A stretch of 64,000 nucleotides of DNA, taken from IMG/VR virus record IMGVR_UViG_2936984999_000007, one strand, 5' to 3'. A model generated the notes under the pieces. That model did no database searches, had not been told where the DNA came from, and worked only from the letters and a program-made list of their open reading frames with translations. This DNA comes from a virus. Both the position numbers and the translations under genes were made by a program. Below, piece by piece: positions 28,240 to 37,185 of the stretch; the stretch's first letter is position 1, and the number at the start of each line of letters is the position of its first letter.

Positions 28240-30491
28240 GCACAGAACAGAATAAGACTTTGACCCTCGGCAGCCTCTTTGATGGCTCCGGGGGTTTTCC
28301 GTTAGGCGGTCTTCTGACTGGGCAGATCACTCCGCTGTGGAGCAGCGAGATCGAGCCCTTTGCCATCCGGGTCACGACCAAACGTCTACCACAGGTGAAG
28401 CACTACGGAGATGTATCCGTCATCAGCGGCGCAGACCTGCCGCCTGTGGACATCATCACCTTTGGCAGTCCCTGTCAGGATATGTCCATCGCGGGTAAGC
28501 GGGACGGTCTGGATGGTTCACGGTCCAGTCTGTTTTACGAAGCAATCCGAATCGTGAAGGAAATGAGGTGTAAGACCAATGGAGAAAAACCAAGATTTAT
28601 CGTGTGGGAGAATGTGCCAGGGGCCTTCTCCTCAAACAAAGGACAGGACTTCAAAGCAGTCCTCGAAGCCGTCATCGGTGTTAAAGAACCGGCCGCCTCG
28701 GTGCCTGCGCCTGAGAAGAAAGGATGGCCCGACGCTGACTACTACGTGGGAGACGGATGGAGCGTCGCATATCGAGTTCTTGATGCACAATGGTGGGGCG
28801 TTCCCCAAAGACGAAAACGTATCTACCTTGTCGCAGATTTTGCAGGTCAGAGTGCCCCAGAAATATTATTTAACTCCGAGGGCTTGTCTCGGTATTCTGC
28901 GGAGGGCTTCCGTGCGTGGCAAAGAGCTGCCGCCGGTGTTGAAAGCGGCACTGGAGAGGCAGGCTGCAACGGAGCAGGAGGACGGATCTGTCTGAACGAC
29001 CAGGGCGGAGAGCGGATGGATGTGACAGAGGAAGTGACAGCCACCCTCCGTGCGGAGGCACATCATCCCCCGTGTGTTATGGAAGCAGCTGGTTTCTGTA
29101 CCGAGCATTCCGCAAATGCCAGAAGCATCGGATATGAAGAGGAGCGGTCACCGACTCTCCGAGCTGGTGTCGTACCGGCCGCCATCGCACTGGAAAATCA
29201 TCCTGCTGACAGCCGGGTGAAGATTTCCGAGGATGATAAGGTGCAGACACTGACAAGCCGGTGTGGTACGGGTGGCGGTAATGTCCCGATGGTTATGGAT
29301 GCTGTTGAAAATTCAGTGGAAAGCCAGGTGAAAGATGTTGAAAACTCCCCGGCGGTCACGTTAAAGATCCGTTCCGGATGTGAAGGTGGCGGAAAGGGAG
29401 CCATCTGGCAGGAAGAAAAGTCTGCCACTCTTGGCTGCAACAACGACCAGACACTGTTCGTTCCGAAATGCTATGGTGTCTGCTCAAAAGCCAGCCACTC
29501 CATGATGTCCGACAATCCGCACAGCGGTTTTTATGAAGCGGAGACCTCCCGGACACTGGATCGCAGCGGTGGAGACCCGACTTGCAATCAGGGCGGCATC
29601 TGTGTGGTAGAGCCGGTCGCCTTTACTCAGAATCAGAGGGATGAAGTCCGGGATCTGGGAGATAAGTCGGCGGCACTGGCAGCAGAGCCGGGGATGAAGC
29701 AGCAGACATTCGTGGCACAGCCGGAAGATGTGACAGCTTTCCATGTGAACCAGCGCAATGAGCTGATTGACCTGCATGGCAAGTCCGGGGCTTTGATGGC
29801 GACCCGGAGTGATCAGATGCAGACCTTTGTCCTGCAGGGCAACATGATCGGTCGCAAAGATGAGAATGGCCCACAGGGGGATGGTGTCAATGAGGATGTC
29901 TGCTTTACACTGGATGCCACTGACCGCCATGCAGTCTGCGCACCGGAGGATGTGTATGCCATGACCACCGGCTCCTATATGCAGGTGGCAAAAGAAGTCG
30001 CACCGACTCTGATGGCACGGGATTACAAAGACCCGACCACCATCGCACCGGCACCACATCTGAACGAGGGTGTGGCTGGTACTGTGGCGACCGGGGCACA
30101 TCCCAGCGGCTTCAATGGGCAGGATGCTTTCAATGACCGTCTGGTCATCGACAACCCGGAGGCACAGTCCACCCCTGTGACCTACACCGTCCGCCGCCTT
30201 ACACCGACCGAGTGTGCCAGACTGCAGGGCTTCCCGGACTGGTGGTGCAGAGACCTTGGAACGGAGAATCCGACCGAGGAAGAGCTGGCGTTCTGGACAG
30301 ATGTGTTTGAAACGCACCGCAAGATCGTGACCCATGCCAAGAAGCCGAAGACGGAGAAGCAGATCCGGAAATGGCTGGCTGACCCGTATACGGATTCGGC
30401 AGAGTACCGTATCTGGGGTAACGGCATTTGTTTGGCCAACGCATTTTTTGTTCTGGCCGGCATCGCATGGTGTGCAGGTCTGGAAGAATAA
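28236..30491 (+). CDS. DNA cytosine-5 methyltransferase, unusually long (751 aa) with an expanded variable region
   Basis: Motif I FDGSGGF, IV GSPCQDMS, VI ENVPG, VIII QRRKRIY, IX/X RRLTPTECARLQGFPD. About 420 aa between VIII and IX, containing several TL/RDYKDP-type segments and internal repeats. Confidence 0.85.
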   Translation: MSTEQNKTLTLGSLFDGSGGFPLGGLLTGQITPLWSSEIEPFAIRVTTKRLPQVKHYGDVSVISGADLPPVDIITFGSPCQDMSIAGKRDGLDGSRSSLFYEAIRIVKEMRCKTNGEKPRFIVWENVPGAFSSNKGQDFKAVLEAVIGVKEPAASVPAPEKKGWPDADYYVGDGWSVAYRVLDAQWWGVPQRRKRIYLVADFAGQSAPEILFNSEGLSRYSAEGFRAWQRAAAGVESGTGEAGCNGAGGRICLNDQGGERMDVTEEVTATLRAEAHHPPCVMEAAGFCTEHSANARSIGYEEERSPTLRAGVVPAAIALENHPADSRVKISEDDKVQTLTSRCGTGGGNVPMVMDAVENSVESQVKDVENSPAVTLKIRSGCEGGGKGAIWQEEKSATLGCNNDQTLFVPKCYGVCSKASHSMMSDNPHSGFYEAETSRTLDRSGGDPTCNQGGICVVEPVAFTQNQRDEVRDLGDKSAALAAEPGMKQQTFVAQPEDVTAFHVNQRNELIDLHGKSGALMATRSDQMQTFVLQGNMIGRKDENGPQGDGVNEDVCFTLDATDRHAVCAPEDVYAMTTGSYMQVAKEVAPTLMARDYKDPTTIAPAPHLNEGVAGTVATGAHPSGFNGQDAFNDRLVIDNPEAQSTPVTYTVRRLTPTECARLQGFPDWWCRDLGTENPTEEELAFWTDVFETHRKIVTHAKKPKTEKQIRKWLADPYTDSAEYRIWGNGICLANAFFVLAGIAWCAGLEE

Positions 30492-30715
30492 AATGGCCCA
30501 CTATATTACAAGGTAGAAAGGCTACCAAGTGATATGGCGGGCTTACATATCGGGACTATTTACACAAATGAGTTAGCATCTCATTGTGTAAAGGGTCGAA
30601 CATAAAGATTATTCGGAAATGGACTTGCTATTTGCCCGGTTCAGAGTGATATATGTGCTACCGAAAAAACATCGGGATGCACAAAAACAAAATAATGAAA
30701 AAGGAGCGATGAATT

Positions 30716-31843
30716 ATGTTGAAGTTTGAACTAAATGTAGAGGAGCGCAAAACACTGGCAAAGCGGATGGAGGAGCTGACAGGCATCCATCCTTACTACA
30801 CCAAGGCGCCTCGGTATGCGTATGACATCGGAAATTACACCATTGACCGGGATGGCAACCTGCTGGTGGAGGCGGAAAATGCAGATCTGGAATTGCTGAC
30901 TACGCTGATGAACGAAGGTCTGATCCGCGGCGGCGAGGATGTGGATGCAGAGACTTTGCAGGAAACTGCAGACGAACAGCCTGCGGTAGACCTTGCCGAG
31001 GGTGTCCAGATGATTCCGGCAGTACATCCAAATGAGCAGGAGACCTGTGAAGGGGATTCAGAAGAAGCCGAGGAAGATGGGGAATCCGAAATGGAGAGTG
31101 CAGAGCAAATTCCATCGGAAGAAGGTGAGGAACAGCCTGTGGCAGAGGAAGCAATCCCTCTGGATGCGGATTTTTCTTTCCCGATCAGCCAGCATAACGG
31201 CGTATCGCTTCGCAACCTGGTCAATCTGATCTACAGCAGAGGGGAACTCGTCAGCAAGGCAACGGACGGCATTTTCCTTGCCGATAAGGGGCTGGTGGAT
31301 GCCTTGAAAGATGACAGCTGCACTTATGCGGTAGCAAATTTCATTCATGCGCTCAAAGAGTATGAAGAACAGCATGGTGCTTCCCTGGAAGGCTTGACGA
31401 TCACAGATGAGAAAGTTACCTTTACAGGTTTCCCGACTGCACCGGATTATGACCACCTGACTGCATTCGGACACCTTGCGATTCTGATGAACCAGCAGGC
31501 TATCAGCCAGAAGCGGATTCAGGCAAAAGAGGTGAACGATTCCAATGAGAAATACGCTTTGCGAACTTGGCTTCTGCGCCTTGGCATGAATGGCCCGGAC
31601 TTCAAGCAGACCAGAAAGATCTTGATGGAGAACCTTTCCGGCCATGCGGCTTTCCGCACAGATGAGGAAGCACAGAAGTTCCTTGCAAGGGAAAAGGCAA
31701 AACGGGATGCCCTGAAAGCCGCGAAACAGGCGGCACAGGAGGGCAGTGCCTCCGCTGGGGAAACGATTGCATCAGCAGATGCCGAGCCGACACAGCTCGG
31801 CTGTGGGGCAGACACGGCGCAGATGCTGGAGGCGGGAGCGTAA
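30716..31843 (+). CDS. acidic protein whose C-terminal ~45 aa module is homologous to the amidoligase C-terminus
   Basis: NEKYALRTWLLRLGMNGPDFKQTRKILMENLSGHAAFR here, versus NEKYAMRCWMLRLGFIGDEFATAREILLRNMEGNASWR in the 32076-33014 gene. Confidence 0.45.
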   Translation: MLKFELNVEERKTLAKRMEELTGIHPYYTKAPRYAYDIGNYTIDRDGNLLVEAENADLELLTTLMNEGLIRGGEDVDAETLQETADEQPAVDLAEGVQMIPAVHPNEQETCEGDSEEAEEDGESEMESAEQIPSEEGEEQPVAEEAIPLDADFSFPISQHNGVSLRNLVNLIYSRGELVSKATDGIFLADKGLVDALKDDSCTYAVANFIHALKEYEEQHGASLEGLTITDEKVTFTGFPTAPDYDHLTAFGHLAILMNQQAISQKRIQAKEVNDSNEKYALRTWLLRLGMNGPDFKQTRKILMENLSGHAAFRTDEEAQKFLAREKAKRDALKAAKQAAQEGSASAGETIASADAEPTQLGCGADTAQMLEAGA

Positions 31844-31999
31844 GCTCTCAAGCCCCCAGTGGGGGCCGGAAAATATGCGAGACCCTCTTCCATTGTACTG
31901 ATATTAGCTCTGAAAATGTACATTATCAAGCGGATAAACTGCAGAAATGTACACGATCATTCCTCTCAATATTTGTCGAATATATGTTCTTTTATGGCC

Positions 32000-32028
32000 T
32001 TGCTATTATGTGCACCTGACGGTAATAT
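32000..32028 (+). promoter_or_regulatory. cassette promoter copy 1 (TTGCTA-17-TAATAT plus conserved leader GCACATACCGAAAGGGAAAAC)
   Basis: Member of the 7-copy family; drives the amidoligase. Confidence 0.55.
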
Positions 32029-32075
32029 GCACATACCGAAAGGGAAAACAAGGAAAAAGCAAAGGAGAACATACC

Positions 32076-33014
32076 ATGAACGATAAAACAAGAGAGCAGA
32101 TTGAAGCCATGAAGAACCAGACCATCGGAGTTGAGATCGAGATGAACAACATCACCAGAGAAAAAGCGGCAAGAAAGGTCGCTGATTACTTCGGAACCAG
32201 AGCATGGAACGCCGCCAGCGAGTACGGATATTACAGCTGGGCTTGCAAAGACCAGCAGGGCAGGGTTTGGAAATTTCAGAGGGATGTGAGCATCTACGGG
32301 CCAGACGCAGAAAAATGCGAACTGGTCACCCCGATCCTCACCTACGACGACATCGAACCCCTGCAGGAAATCATCCGACTGCTCCGCAAGGCAGGCGCAA
32401 AGAGCGGCCCAAGCCGCGGATGCGGGGTCCACATCCACATTGGCAAAGGCGACCACACCGCAAAGACCATCCGCAACCTTGTGAACATCATGGCGGCACA
32501 CGAACAGCAGATCGGAAGAGCCATCCGGATTGATGCAGGACGCACCGGACAATATTGCCGGGTAGTCGACCACCGCTTCCTCGACCGGCTGAACCGCGAG
32601 AAGCCGACCACCATGCGCAAGCTGGAAGACATCTGGTACGAAGGCAACGGTTCCAGCTGGGAAAACCGGAATGTCCACTACAATTCAAGCCGATACCATA
32701 TGCTGAACCTCCATGCCACCTTTACAAAAGGGACCATTGAATTCCGCCTTTTCCAATTCGCAGACCCAGCGGACGGAAAGCGCAACGGACTGCATGCCGG
32801 TGAGATGAAAGCTTACATCCAGCTTTGCCTCGCAATGAGCCAGCTTGCCAAGATGGTCAGAACAGCAAGCCCGAAGCCCCAGCAGACCGACAACGAAAAG
32901 TACGCGATGCGGTGCTGGATGCTGAGGCTGGGATTCATCGGGGATGAATTTGCAACGGCAAGGGAGATTCTTCTGCGGAACATGGAGGGCAACGCATCCT
33001 GGCGGAACAAATAA
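32076..33014 (+). CDS. amidoligase (glutamine-synthetase-like, Amidoligase_2 family)
   Basis: IGVEIEMN start, YGPDAEKCELVTP, GCGVHIHIG. RBS AAAGGAGAAC. Confidence 0.6.
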   Translation: MNDKTREQIEAMKNQTIGVEIEMNNITREKAARKVADYFGTRAWNAASEYGYYSWACKDQQGRVWKFQRDVSIYGPDAEKCELVTPILTYDDIEPLQEIIRLLRKAGAKSGPSRGCGVHIHIGKGDHTAKTIRNLVNIMAAHEQQIGRAIRIDAGRTGQYCRVVDHRFLDRLNREKPTTMRKLEDIWYEGNGSSWENRNVHYNSSRYHMLNLHATFTKGTIEFRLFQFADPADGKRNGLHAGEMKAYIQLCLAMSQLAKMVRTASPKPQQTDNEKYAMRCWMLRLGFIGDEFATAREILLRNMEGNASWRNK

Positions 33015-33081
33015 GCCAGGATGCACGGGCACCTTTTGGGCGGGAAACCGCCCTTGAGGTGGTAGAAGGAGGTGCAGGTTT

Positions 33082-33318
33082 ATGAAAAGCACGTTAAAAA
33101 ATGAAAACACACCGGGTGGCAGAGCCTTTAAGGTGACCATCACCGAGACCTACCAGAGGACGGTGACCATTTATGAATCTGAGATGAAAGAGCCGACCGT
33201 GGAGGAAGCCCAGCGTGTGGCAGAGGACTGGTGGCAGGACAGCCAGATCGAGCTTGGGACAGAGGATTTCCAGGGCGTGGAATTCACTGGCAGGGAGGAC
33301 GGTGAGGCAGATGTTTGA
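33082..33318 (+). CDS. small hypothetical protein
   Basis: RBS GGAGGTG. Confidence 0.3.
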   Translation: MKSTLKNENTPGGRAFKVTITETYQRTVTIYESEMKEPTVEEAQRVAEDWWQDSQIELGTEDFQGVEFTGREDGEADV

Positions 33319-33832
33319 ACTGATCAGCCGAGTCCCATCCAAATATTACCTTGCCTATGGAAGCAACCTCGACATGGAGCGGATGGGAAAGAGATGCCCT
33401 TACGCTGTGGTGGTCGGCACGACCGAGATCAAGGGCTACCGGCTCCTGTTCAAAAAGAGTAAGACCGGCTGCTATGCCACCATCGAGCAGGACGCCAATG
33501 AAAGCGTACCGGCGGTGGTCTGGAAGCTCTCGGAATATGATGAGCTCCTGCTGGACCGGTACGAGGGTTGCCCAAGATACTATTACAAGAAGCAGTTCCA
33601 GCTTCCGGTCTGGAACCTGAACGGGAACCGCATGAAAAAGGCAAAGCCCTGCACCGCTTATGTGATGCACGAGGACCGGCGGCTTGGCTGCCCGGATGCC
33701 GAGTATTTTGAACTGCTGCACGGCGGATACAGCGACTGGGAATTTCCGCTGGACACACTGAAGCGTGGACTGGCAGCCAGCATCGGAAGGGCGGAAGCCA
33801 TCCGGTATCTGAAGAAGCGGCAGATGATGTAA
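33311..33832 (+). CDS. gamma-glutamyl cyclotransferase (GGCT/AIG2-like)
   Basis: YLAYGSNL motif near the N-terminus. RBS GGGAGGACGGTGAGG. Confidence 0.65.
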   Translation: MFELISRVPSKYYLAYGSNLDMERMGKRCPYAVVVGTTEIKGYRLLFKKSKTGCYATIEQDANESVPAVVWKLSEYDELLLDRYEGCPRYYYKKQFQLPVWNLNGNRMKKAKPCTAYVMHEDRRLGCPDAEYFELLHGGYSDWEFPLDTLKRGLAASIGRAEAIRYLKKRQMM

Positions 33833-33962
33833 GAGTACACGATCACAGGGAAAAAACATTGTGCAGTATATGATGCTCATCGGCCTTGATAAATCAGGGC
33901 AAAAGAGTGATATATACCATACCGCCAGACAAGAGCGGAGAAAACCGAAGGGAGAGATTCAA

Positions 33963-34442
33963 ATGAAGAACAAGAAATATTACATCGCCTACGGCAGCAA
34001 CCTGTCGGTGGAGCAGATGGCATACCGGTGTCCGGATGCAAAAATAGCAGGACAGGCGGTGCTGGCAGGCTGGGAGCTTTTGTTCCGAGGCTGCGCTACC
34101 ATCGCACCGAACCCGAAGAAGAACACGCCGGTTCTGGTGTGGGAGATCTCGGAAAGGGACGAAGAGAACCTCGACCTCTATGAGGGCTACCCGAACTACT
34201 ACCGCAAGGAAGACCTGAACATCGAACTGCTCCGGGAAGGGGCAGAGCCGGAGATGGTGACCGCAATGGTCTACATCATGGAGAACGACTTCGGACATCG
34301 CGCACCGAGCCGGTATTACTACAAAGTTTTGCATGACGGCTACAAGGCATTCCACTTCCCGATGCACATCCTCGAAGGTGCACTGAAGGAGTGCATGGAT
34401 AAGGATGCCGCCCAGAAGATGATCGAGGAGGTGCAGGCATGA
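33963..34442 (+). CDS. gamma-glutamyl cyclotransferase (GGCT/AIG2-like), second paralogue
   Basis: YIAYGSNL motif. Confidence 0.65.
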   Translation: MKNKKYYIAYGSNLSVEQMAYRCPDAKIAGQAVLAGWELLFRGCATIAPNPKKNTPVLVWEISERDEENLDLYEGYPNYYRKEDLNIELLREGAEPEMVTAMVYIMENDFGHRAPSRYYYKVLHDGYKAFHFPMHILEGALKECMDKDAAQKMIEEVQA

Positions 34443-34906
34443 ATTTCGCAGATCAGAAAACAGTCGAACGCCTTCGGGCAGAATTCCCGGTCGGATGCCG
34501 GATCGTCCTCGATGAGATGGATGACAGGCAGGCAACGCCCATCGGAACGCAGGGAACCTGCAACGGGGTCGATGATGCCGGAAACATCTTAGTGAGCTGG
34601 GATACCGGAAGCCATCTGAACGTTGCCTACGGTGCGGACAGTTGCCACCGTGTGGCTTCGGAAACCGAGGTCAAGGTGTCGCTCGACCGCCTTGGTAAAA
34701 CGCGACAGACCGGCCCACGTTGCCCCAGGTGCGGAGCAAAGCCCGACTGCTACGACCATCAGCAGCAGGCACTCAGCCGAAGGGCGGACATCCAGATCTG
34801 CAACCGCTGCGGAACGGAGGAAGCGTTAGAGGACATTGCATGGGGTGGACAGCAGAAGATGCAGCTTGCAGACTGGGCAATCGTGAAAGGGGGCTGGGTC
34901 GAATGA
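34439..34906 (+). CDS. DUF4314-like domain protein with a C-terminal zinc ribbon
   Basis: CPRCG ... CNRCG. Confidence 0.4.
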   Translation: MNFADQKTVERLRAEFPVGCRIVLDEMDDRQATPIGTQGTCNGVDDAGNILVSWDTGSHLNVAYGADSCHRVASETEVKVSLDRLGKTRQTGPRCPRCGAKPDCYDHQQQALSRRADIQICNRCGTEEALEDIAWGGQQKMQLADWAIVKGGWVE

Positions 34907-35277
34907 AAGTCCTTCTGATCAAACCGATGGAGCATCCGCATGTGGTGGACATTGAAAACTCCCTGAAAGAGTTCTACCGCATCCTCGACTGCGACTGCAT
35001 CACAGCCACGTACCCGTGGGAAGCGGATGCCGTGGCACTGGTAACGGACGACAATGGGATGTTCACTGAGAAGCCGTTCAGCCGGTACATTCCGGAGCTG
35101 GAGCAGCCCATCAAGGGAAACTTCTTCATCTGCGGACTGGGAGAGGAGGATTTCGCAGAGCTGCCCCAAGACCTTATCCAGAAATTCAGGGAACGATTCT
35201 GGGTGCCGGAGGCATTCGTCAGCATGTTCGGGCAGATGGCAGTCATCCAGATGGATGACGGAACGAAGCCGGAATAA
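34903..35277 (+). CDS. DUF3846-like protein
   Basis: MKVLLIKPMEHPHVVDIEN N-terminus typical of DUF3846. Confidence 0.4.
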   Translation: MKVLLIKPMEHPHVVDIENSLKEFYRILDCDCITATYPWEADAVALVTDDNGMFTEKPFSRYIPELEQPIKGNFFICGLGEEDFAELPQDLIQKFRERFWVPEAFVSMFGQMAVIQMDDGTKPE

Positions 35278-35349
35278 GATACCACAATCAGAAAAAATAC
35301 CCTCTCGGCCAGAAAAGACCGGGAGGGCTTGGTTTAACAGGAGGAGCCT

Positions 35350-35541
35350 ATGGGACACAGAAAGATGCCGGCTTATGGCGAGAGGGAACACGGCGGCAGA
35401 TACGTTCTGGATGAATACGAATGGTCGAGAAATCACTGCAAGGCAGTAACCATCCGCAGATGGAAAAGGGACCTGAAAAAGAAAGCCAGAGCGCATAACC
35501 GCAGGGTGATGCATCAGGCAATACGGGGCGAAGCCGATTAG
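35350..35541 (+). CDS. small basic hypothetical protein
   Basis: Excellent RBS AACAGGAGGAGCCT before the ATG. Confidence 0.35.
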   Translation: MGHRKMPAYGEREHGGRYVLDEYEWSRNHCKAVTIRRWKRDLKKKARAHNRRVMHQAIRGEAD

Positions 35542-35705
35542 ACGGAAAATGGGGGCCTCAAAAGAATGAGAACCCCTTTCCAGTTTACTGTATATTACCT
35601 CTGGAAAGCAACAATAGCAAGGAGAACCGCCGCCATAATGTACACAAACATCTGGCAGCGGTTTTGTGTATCATACCAAACCAAAACGGGGGATACGAGG
35701 CAGAG

Positions 35706-35757
35706 CCCCAGCTTCTGCTGGGGAGCCTCTGAGGGATTCCTTAGAAGAAATCCCTCA
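35706..35757. terminator. two adjacent hairpins (CCCCAGC-ttct-GCTGGGG and GAGGGATT-N9-AATCCCTC) between convergent genes
   Basis: Bidirectional terminator position. Confidence 0.45.
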
Positions 35758-35974
35758 TGCTCATGCCGACCTCGTTCAGTCGTTCCTCCATGCTGTGGTA
35801 GTGCCAATCCTCTTCCTCAAGCTCCTCTGGAAAAGGGTCGTGCTGCCATCCGGCTTTCTGGTATTCTTCTTCCCGGATGTCGTTGCGGTCGTAAATGTCC
35901 AGCTCGTATTCTTCTTCAAGCTCTGCGATGCGGTTTTCGATTGCGTTTTCAACTTCTGTAATGGTCTTTTTCAT
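35741..35974 (-). CDS. small acidic protein (77 aa); the only minus-strand gene in the 4-64 kb block
   Basis: Minus-strand RBS AAACGGAGGACAAAACCC before the ATG at 35974. Rich in E/D/W/Y. Confidence 0.4.
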   Translation of the reverse strand: MKKTITEVENAIENRIAELEEEYELDIYDRNDIREEEYQKAGWQHDPFPEELEEEDWHYHSMEERLNEVGMSMRDFF

Positions 35975-36123
35975 GGGTTTTGTCCTCCGTTTTTGGTTTG
36001 GTTTTCTTTGCTTTCGTTGTGTGTATAATGCCGCAGAAACACATATATAGCAAGTCAATCAGGGGTCATATATGTACCAAACATGAAGGGGGAAGATCGT
36101 TGATAATATGACGTTTTATGGCC

Positions 36124-36152
36124 TTGCTATCACAGGGCGGTGACGGTAATAT
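36124..36152 (+). promoter_or_regulatory. cassette promoter copy 2 (TTGCTA-17-TAATAT, ACAGCTAC leader)
   Basis: Conserved family member. Confidence 0.55.
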
Positions 36153-36183
36153 ACAGCTACAAAAAGCAAAGGAGGACAGCAGA

Positions 36184-36360
36184 ATGGCTGATTGGAGAAC
36201 ATGGAAAAAAGGGAGAAAGACAACATGGCACTGGAACGAATTCGATGGAAGCGGAAGCCGGGAAGGGATCATCACCGAGGTTCATGAAGACCACGCGATC
36301 ATGGAAGCAGACGGCATGCACCTTTGGATCGACGATGACACAGCAGAGATGTTCAGCTAA
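36184..36360 (+). CDS. small hypothetical protein (58 aa), cassette gene A
   Basis: RBS AAAGGAGGACAGCAGA. Terminator hairpin CGGGGAGG-gaaa-CCTCCCCG at 36363-36390. Confidence 0.4.
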   Translation: MADWRTWKKGRKTTWHWNEFDGSGSREGIITEVHEDHAIMEADGMHLWIDDDTAEMFS

Positions 36361-36441
36361 GAAAAACGGGGAGGGAAACCTCCCCGGATAAACACATAAA
36401 TCCACCAGATCAAGGTGCAGATGATCGTGTACTTTAGCCGC

Positions 36442-36470
36442 TTGATAGTATCCGGCAGTGACGGTAATAT
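36442..36470 (+). promoter_or_regulatory. cassette promoter copy 3 (TTGATA-17-TAATAT)
   Basis: Conserved upstream box GATCGTGTACTTTAGCCGC. Confidence 0.55.
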
Positions 36471-36500
36471 ACAGCTACCAAAACGAAAGGGGCAAAGAAC

Positions 36501-36707
36501 ATGGAACGCTACACTTACGAGATCACTTTTACACGGCTGGATGGACAGCCAGATGAAATCCAGCAGCACACCAGCGAGGAGCTGGCAAGAGAATGCTTCC
36601 GGCTTTTCGATGAGCCAGACAGTGCAGAGATGTACAGCAAAATCGAACTTAGCCGCCACGACTGGGAGACAGCCACGGATGAGATTCTGGAAACGATGAC
36701 ATTCTGA
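36501..36707 (+). CDS. small acidic hypothetical protein (68 aa), cassette gene B
   Basis: RBS GAAAGGGGCAAAG. Confidence 0.4.
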   Translation: MERYTYEITFTRLDGQPDEIQQHTSEELARECFRLFDEPDSAEMYSKIELSRHDWETATDEILETMTF

Positions 36708-36722
36708 GAGGAGGAAAATACA

Positions 36723-36983
36723 ATGACCTACACAAAAATCAACCTTTACCTTGCGAACGGAATCCCAGAGGCGCTCAGCAACCTTTGGTACGGAAGCGAC
36801 AGCTCGGTGGTCGAGATCAGGGATGCCGTTGAGGATGCGAAGAACGGCAAAGACCTTCTGAACCGCATCCAGAAGATGAAGCTCCTGCGGAAATTCACCC
36901 TCGACAGGGAGACCGACAAGCGAATCCGCTTCAAGGGCACGGACTGCTGGGACAACGTAAGCTACCTCGAAATCATCCGCTAA
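36723..36983 (+). CDS. small hypothetical protein (86 aa), co-transcribed with gene B
   Basis: RBS GAGGAGGAAAATACA. Terminator 37003-37030. Confidence 0.35.
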   Translation: MTYTKINLYLANGIPEALSNLWYGSDSSVVEIRDAVEDAKNGKDLLNRIQKMKLLRKFTLDRETDKRIRFKGTDCWDNVSYLEIIR

Positions 36984-37112
36984 AGGCAAGACCGACAGGC
37001 GCAAGGGGCTGGAAATGACCAGCCTTTTGCTCGTGTCTGTCTTCCGAAAGCCGACATAAAAAGCACATAAATATGACAATTACAGGATTGAATGATTGTG
37101 TAGTTTAGCCGC

Positions 37113-37141
37113 TTGATAGTGCTCCGGGGTGACGGTAATAT
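37113..37141 (+). promoter_or_regulatory. cassette promoter copy 4 (TTGATA-17-TAATAT)
   Basis: Conserved family member. Confidence 0.55.
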
Positions 37142-37185
37142 ACAGTCACCGAAAGGGGAAAACAACAAAAACGGAGGATAAGACA

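Noticed and set aside
36357-37079. 240 aa minus-strand ORF across the cassette array
   Set aside because: Overlaps plus-strand small genes that have conserved promoters, strong RBSs and terminators. The minus ORF has none of these.
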